A stretch of 64,000 nucleotides of DNA, taken from sequence record SRR20825019_212, one strand, 5' to 3'. Shown here in pieces: positions 59,794 to 64,000 of the stretch. How positions within the stretch are numbered: the first letter of the stretch is position 1; every line of letters begins with the position of its first letter. The notes under the pieces were generated by a model. It saw only the letters and a list, made by a program, of their open reading frames with translations, ran no database searches and was not told where the DNA came from. The translations under genes were made by a program, and so were the position numbers.

Positions 59794-60895
59794 AAAGGTC
59801 TTCATATAAGGGAAGAATGTGTACAATGTCGAATTTAGAAGCTACATTGAAAGCGTTTTCCTTGAACCTTTCGAGGGTTTCATCGTCCTTCAAAATCTCA
59901 ATGGCCTTTGTTGCCATGGTCTCTACATCGCCAACATCCGCCAGATAACCAGATACACCATCGATGTTAACTTCTGGTATACCTCCCGTATTGCTGGAAA
60001 CTATCGCTACCTTATTGATCATGGCCTCCAATGCCGCCAAACCAAAACTTTCAGTTTCCGAGGGCAACAGAAACAAATCGGAAAAGCAAAGAATACGGTC
60101 AATCTCATTGCTGTTACCTAAAAACAGGACCTTATCCTTAATCCCCAATGAATCACACAAATCTTCTGCTTTTTCCTTTTCCGGGCCTTCACCCACCATG
60201 ATAAGTTTAGCTGGCATTTCCTTTTGGATGCGATGGAATATTTTGATGACGTCCGGAATACGCTTTACCTTTCTAAAATTACTTATGTGTGTTATGATGC
60301 GTTCATTTTCCTTCGCCATCATACTACGTTGGCAATCTGTGTAGGTCTTTTTGTACTTTGTTGTTTCTATAAAATTAGGAATCACCTCGATTTCCTTCTC
60401 TAAATCAAAAAGTTTTAAAGTCTCACTTTTAAGGGCTTCGGAAACAGAGGTCACCACATCGGATTTGTTTATACTGAACGTTACCGCTGGTTTGTAAAAA
60501 GGGTGCTTGCCCACCAAGGTAATGTCCGTTCCATGAAGCGTTGTGATCATAGGGATAAAAATCCCATATTCCTGAAGCATTTTTTTTGCCATATATCCAG
60601 CATAGGCATGTGGAATGGCATAGTGCACGTGCAACAGTTCAATATCATATAGTTTGATGGTGTCCACCAACTTACTTGACAGGGCCAGCTCATAGGGTTG
60701 GTAATGGAACAACGGATATTCCGGCACATGCACCTCATGAAAATGGATATTGTTTCCCAAAAGTTCCAATCGAACAGGCTGACGGTACGTGATAAAGTGT
60801 ACTTCGTGCCCCCGTTCTGCAAGGGCAATACCCAATTCCGTGGCAACAACGCCACTACCGCCAAAGGTCGGGTAACACACAATCGCTATTTTCAT
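59753..60895 (-). CDS. bshA: N-acetyl-alpha-D-glucosaminyl L-malate synthase (bacillithiol biosynthesis)
   Basis: CYPTFGGSGVVATELG, HVHYAIPHA, TTLHGTDIT, HISNFRKVKR, ESFGLAALEA. Confidence 0.93.
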   Translation of the reverse strand: MKIAIVCYPTFGGSGVVATELGIALAERGHEVHFITYRQPVRLELLGNNIHFHEVHVPEYPLFHYQPYELALSSKLVDTIKLYDIELLHVHYAIPHAYAGYMAKKMLQEYGIFIPMITTLHGTDITLVGKHPFYKPAVTFSINKSDVVTSVSEALKSETLKLFDLEKEIEVIPNFIETTKYKKTYTDCQRSMMAKENERIITHISNFRKVKRIPDVIKIFHRIQKEMPAKLIMVGEGPEKEKAEDLCDSLGIKDKVLFLGNSNEIDRILCFSDLFLLPSETESFGLAALEAMINKVAIVSSNTGGIPEVNIDGVSGYLADVGDVETMATKAIEILKDDETLERFKENAFNVASKFDIVHILPLYEDLYEKAFKSRFKNTF

Positions 60896-60924
60896 AAGAA
60901 CAAATCTACGGCAATATTTTATAC

Positions 60925-63837
60925 CTAATTAATAATGGAATCATAAATGGCCTGTTGTATACGGGTCCTCAGCCCGGATTTTATGAGCAAGGTGTTTGTT
61001 GCCGAGGGATAGGTCCTATTGGACAAAAACACATAAACAATTTTCTCATCAGGGTCTGCCCATGTATAGGTTCCAGTAAACCCACTGTGTCCAAAACTCT
61101 TTTGGGAGACACATCCACAAGTTGGCCCACTTTCATTCAACTGTGGCTTATCAAAACCGACACCTCTCCGTACGTTCTTATTACAGAAATAGCAGGTATT
61201 GAAACGCTTTACCGTTCGTGCATTAAAAAACTGTTCCCCACCATAATAACCTCCCTGTAAATACATCTGCATAATCTTGGCTACCTCATTGGCTGTACTA
61301 AAAAGACCTGCATGGCCACCTACTCCGCCCTGCATGGCCGCACCCATATCATGTACATAACCCTGCACGGTTTGATACCTGTAATAGTCGTCCTCTTCCG
61401 ATGGAACTATCTCTTCTTTGGAAAATTTTTTGAGCGGATTAAACGTTGTTCGCTGCAGTCCCATGGGGATATACAGAAATTCATTGACCAGTTCATCTAT
61501 GGGCCTACTATATGTTTTTTCGATATATTCCTTAAAAACGTAGTAACCTACATCGCTATACCTGTACCGATTCGATTTTAGGCTTTGCCGACCAATTCTG
61601 TTGTAAATGGAATCTTTGTATGACCTTGTGAGGTATAAATGCTCAGCTACTTTATAAGGAAATGCTTCGGATGGATTAGGGCTATAAAACTCTGATGATG
61701 GTTTCCTGTCCTTGTCCAACGTATCCAAATAAAAAGCAATCCAGGAAGGTAGGCGCCCATAATGCGACAGAGCCTTGAGCACTGAAACATCTTTGAGCTC
61801 GGTATCTGCATACGCTGGAATTAGGTCTTTAAAAGTATCGTTCAAAGCTATTTTTCCTTCCTCTTCCATTTTCATGATCATTGGCAAAGTAGAAAGTATC
61901 TTTGTCAGTGAAGCTAGGTCGTAAATGGATTCTTCAGATATTTTTTCTTCAGAATCATACGTAGGGTGACCAAAATTCTTGTTGTAAATAACCTTTCCTT
62001 TTCTGGCAATCAATACCTGCGCACCCGGAAACATTAAGGAATCCAATCCCTGCTGTACCAATGTGTCCACCTCGGCCAATAATTCCGAACTCATACCGAC
62101 CCTTTCCGGAATACTGTAGCCCAAACGTTGAATGGGTTCCACAGCAACTCCTGTTCCTACGGGGAACTCATCATGGGCCGAGACTGGAAGTTTTCCCGTA
62201 GCTCCTATAGCACCAAATATCACTTCTGCCACCTTTTCTTGAGCTATCTTACTGTTCTGATACCCTACCACTACGCCATCCATGGTATCAAAGTTGAGAA
62301 CGTCCAACAAAGCATAGGGTCTTGCAAAAAGGGCCAAGATAGTATTACTGGTTCGCAAGCGGGAGATTTCCTCCATCCAAAAAAGTTCGTTCTTGGAAAA
62401 TTTATATCCTTTCCAAGGACTTGAATTGTCTTTATGAAAACCGATAATGACCAAGTTGTAATTGGCGAGCTCTTTTTTATATTGTGCAATATCCTTGGCT
62501 TTGATGTGGGTTACCTTATAGTATTTGTTAAGTGATTCATGGAAAGTGCTCCCGGAATCATCGCCAAAATGTACGTATGCAATTTTCTTGTTGTCCAATT
62601 TTTTGATGGGCATCAAGGAAAAATTGTTTTTCGCTACCGTTATGGCCGCTTCAATGGCCTGTTCATAGATTACATCGTTCTCAACTCCATTCAAATCTTC
62701 ATACAAATTCTCCAACTTTACGGGTTGATAATTGTACAGACCAGCTTTGTATTTGGCCATTAATATCTTTTTGACGGATTCTGCCAACCGTTCCTCCGTA
62801 ATCAATCCCTCACCATATGCCTGGATGAAAGTTTCTTTTGCCTTAAGGACATTCTCGGGCATCAATAGCAAATCGTTACCTGCCAAAAAAGCTTCCAGTT
62901 CCACTTTGCCCTCTGGAGCAAATTCGGATACCGCCTTCATATTCAAAGCATCGGTGATAACCAAACCTTCAAAACCCAATTGGTTTTTCAATACTCCGGT
63001 AACAATACTCTTGGAAAGCGTGGATGGGTGGCCCTCCCTGCTCTCCAAGCTGGGAACATCCAAATGTGCGACCATGGTAGAGCTTAGTCCGGCCTCCATT
63101 GTTTTTTTGAAGGGATAAAGTTCTATGGAATCCAACCGTTCCACGGAAGAGGTGATGATAGGTAAGGATTTATGGGAATCCGTGGCGGTATCTCCATGGC
63201 CTGGAAAGTGCTTGCCACTTGAAAGCACGCCAGCCTTTTCCATTCCACGAACAAAAGCACGTCCTTTTTGGGCCACATTTTTAGGATCTTCCCCAAACGA
63301 GCGATTTCCGATAATAGGGTTCTGCGGGTTGTTGTTCACATCCAAGTCCGGCGCAAAATTAATGTGGACGCCCAAACGCTTGGCATGTTTTCCAATTTGA
63401 TAACCTATCTTTTCTACGATGGTACTATCCCGAATGGCTCCCAAGGTCATGTTCCACGGAAATGCATAAGTAGAGTCCAAACGCATGGCCAGTCCCCACT
63501 CTGCATCGGAACCGATGAGCAACGGTACTTTGGAAACGGATTGGTATTCGTTGGTCAATTTAGCTTGTTGTTCCGGTCCGCCAACCAAAAAGATGACGCC
63601 TCCTATACCTTGTTCCTCAACAATGTTCTTGACCTTATCGGTCGCAGCTTTGCTTTGGTTCGATGCAACGCTTACCATGAACAACTGTCCTACTTTTTCC
63701 TGTAGGGACATGTTCGCGTATTGATTTTCGACCCATGCCATTTGAGCCACCGAGTCTTTGACAATCAAGGGATTTGACTGTCCAAAGGTTTGAATGCATA
63801 CGAGTAGGAAAAAGGGGAATTGGAGTATTTTCCGCAT
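60925..63837 (-). CDS. GH3 beta-N-acetylglucosaminidase fused to a beta-lactamase-family serine hydrolase
   Basis: GH3 motifs DAEWG, KHFPGHGDT..DSH, TDALNM; C-terminal SxxK (ASLTK), YSD, GHAGLFS, GHSGFTG; start set at ATG 63837. Confidence 0.9.
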   Translation of the reverse strand: MRKILQFPFFLLVCIQTFGQSNPLIVKDSVAQMAWVENQYANMSLQEKVGQLFMVSVASNQSKAATDKVKNIVEEQGIGGVIFLVGGPEQQAKLTNEYQSVSKVPLLIGSDAEWGLAMRLDSTYAFPWNMTLGAIRDSTIVEKIGYQIGKHAKRLGVHINFAPDLDVNNNPQNPIIGNRSFGEDPKNVAQKGRAFVRGMEKAGVLSSGKHFPGHGDTATDSHKSLPIITSSVERLDSIELYPFKKTMEAGLSSTMVAHLDVPSLESREGHPSTLSKSIVTGVLKNQLGFEGLVITDALNMKAVSEFAPEGKVELEAFLAGNDLLLMPENVLKAKETFIQAYGEGLITEERLAESVKKILMAKYKAGLYNYQPVKLENLYEDLNGVENDVIYEQAIEAAITVAKNNFSLMPIKKLDNKKIAYVHFGDDSGSTFHESLNKYYKVTHIKAKDIAQYKKELANYNLVIIGFHKDNSSPWKGYKFSKNELFWMEEISRLRTSNTILALFARPYALLDVLNFDTMDGVVVGYQNSKIAQEKVAEVIFGAIGATGKLPVSAHDEFPVGTGVAVEPIQRLGYSIPERVGMSSELLAEVDTLVQQGLDSLMFPGAQVLIARKGKVIYNKNFGHPTYDSEEKISEESIYDLASLTKILSTLPMIMKMEEEGKIALNDTFKDLIPAYADTELKDVSVLKALSHYGRLPSWIAFYLDTLDKDRKPSSEFYSPNPSEAFPYKVAEHLYLTRSYKDSIYNRIGRQSLKSNRYRYSDVGYYVFKEYIEKTYSRPIDELVNEFLYIPMGLQRTTFNPLKKFSKEEIVPSEEDDYYRYQTVQGYVHDMGAAMQGGVGGHAGLFSTANEVAKIMQMYLQGGYYGGEQFFNARTVKRFNTCYFCNKNVRRGVGFDKPQLNESGPTCGCVSQKSFGHSGFTGTYTWADPDEKIVYVFLSNRTYPSATNTLLIKSGLRTRIQQAIYDSIIN

Positions 63838-63929
63838 AAATATCTTGTCTTGAACCACAACTTAATGCCAATAAAAATATTGCATTTCGTCGAGGAAAGT
63901 ATGGAAATTAAGATAAATTAAGGGTTTTG

Positions 63930-64000
63930 CTATACAAATCTGGAGTGCCAACTTTCGCTAGCGGGAACCTCCCAGTTTTCCAAGTATTCCTGTTTGGTAG
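63930..64000 (-). CDS. 3' end of an upstream gene (partial)
   Basis: Open frame ...TKQEYLENWEVPASESWHSRFV*, co-directional with the GH3 gene; truncated by the window edge. Confidence 0.5.
   Translation of the reverse strand, partial: TKQEYLENWEVPASESWHSRFV

Noticed and set aside
59753-63837. bshA and the GH3/beta-lactamase fusion as novelties
   Set aside because: Both are common, conserved Flavobacteriaceae genes; they mark the return to the core genome.

Overview
Bacteroidota-type DNA, most likely a marine Flavobacteriaceae; this is inferred from gene content, TAnnTTTG promoter boxes and the bshA/GH3 neighbourhood. The window opens with the 3' part of a tRNA-Met(CAT). Next come a HupE/UreJ plus His-rich DUF4198-like metal-uptake pair, an M1 aminopeptidase, two hypotheticals and an OmpR-type two-component system, with a candidate sRNA divergent from it. 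From about 8.0 to 58.0 kb lies a ~50 kb Wzx/Wzy-dependent capsule/EPS locus: wzb/wzc/wza, nucleotide-sugar enzymes, a flippase, glycosyltransferases, an EpsG-type polymerase, a PglF/PglE/PglD/PglC-like amino-sugar pathway and a surface beta-helix lipoprotein. The most unusual part is the distal tailoring block (42.2-58.0 kb). Two convergent MBOAT+SGNH pairs, both MBOATs ending in FIYFQF, enclose seven tandem paralogous GNAT/Fem-like proteins (one frameshifted at an A8 tract), an eighth GNAT-like protein, a stand-alone adenylation enzyme and a carrier protein. This resembles an expanded Dlt-like carrier-protein-dependent glycan acylation system. Just upstream are a flavoprotein-Fem fusion, a Fem-like protein, duplicated PglD-like acetyltransferases and a formyltransferase. 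The window ends in housekeeping genes (OmpA family, lipoprotein, bshA, GH3/beta-lactamase fusion). All family calls come from motif recognition by eye; no database search was run.
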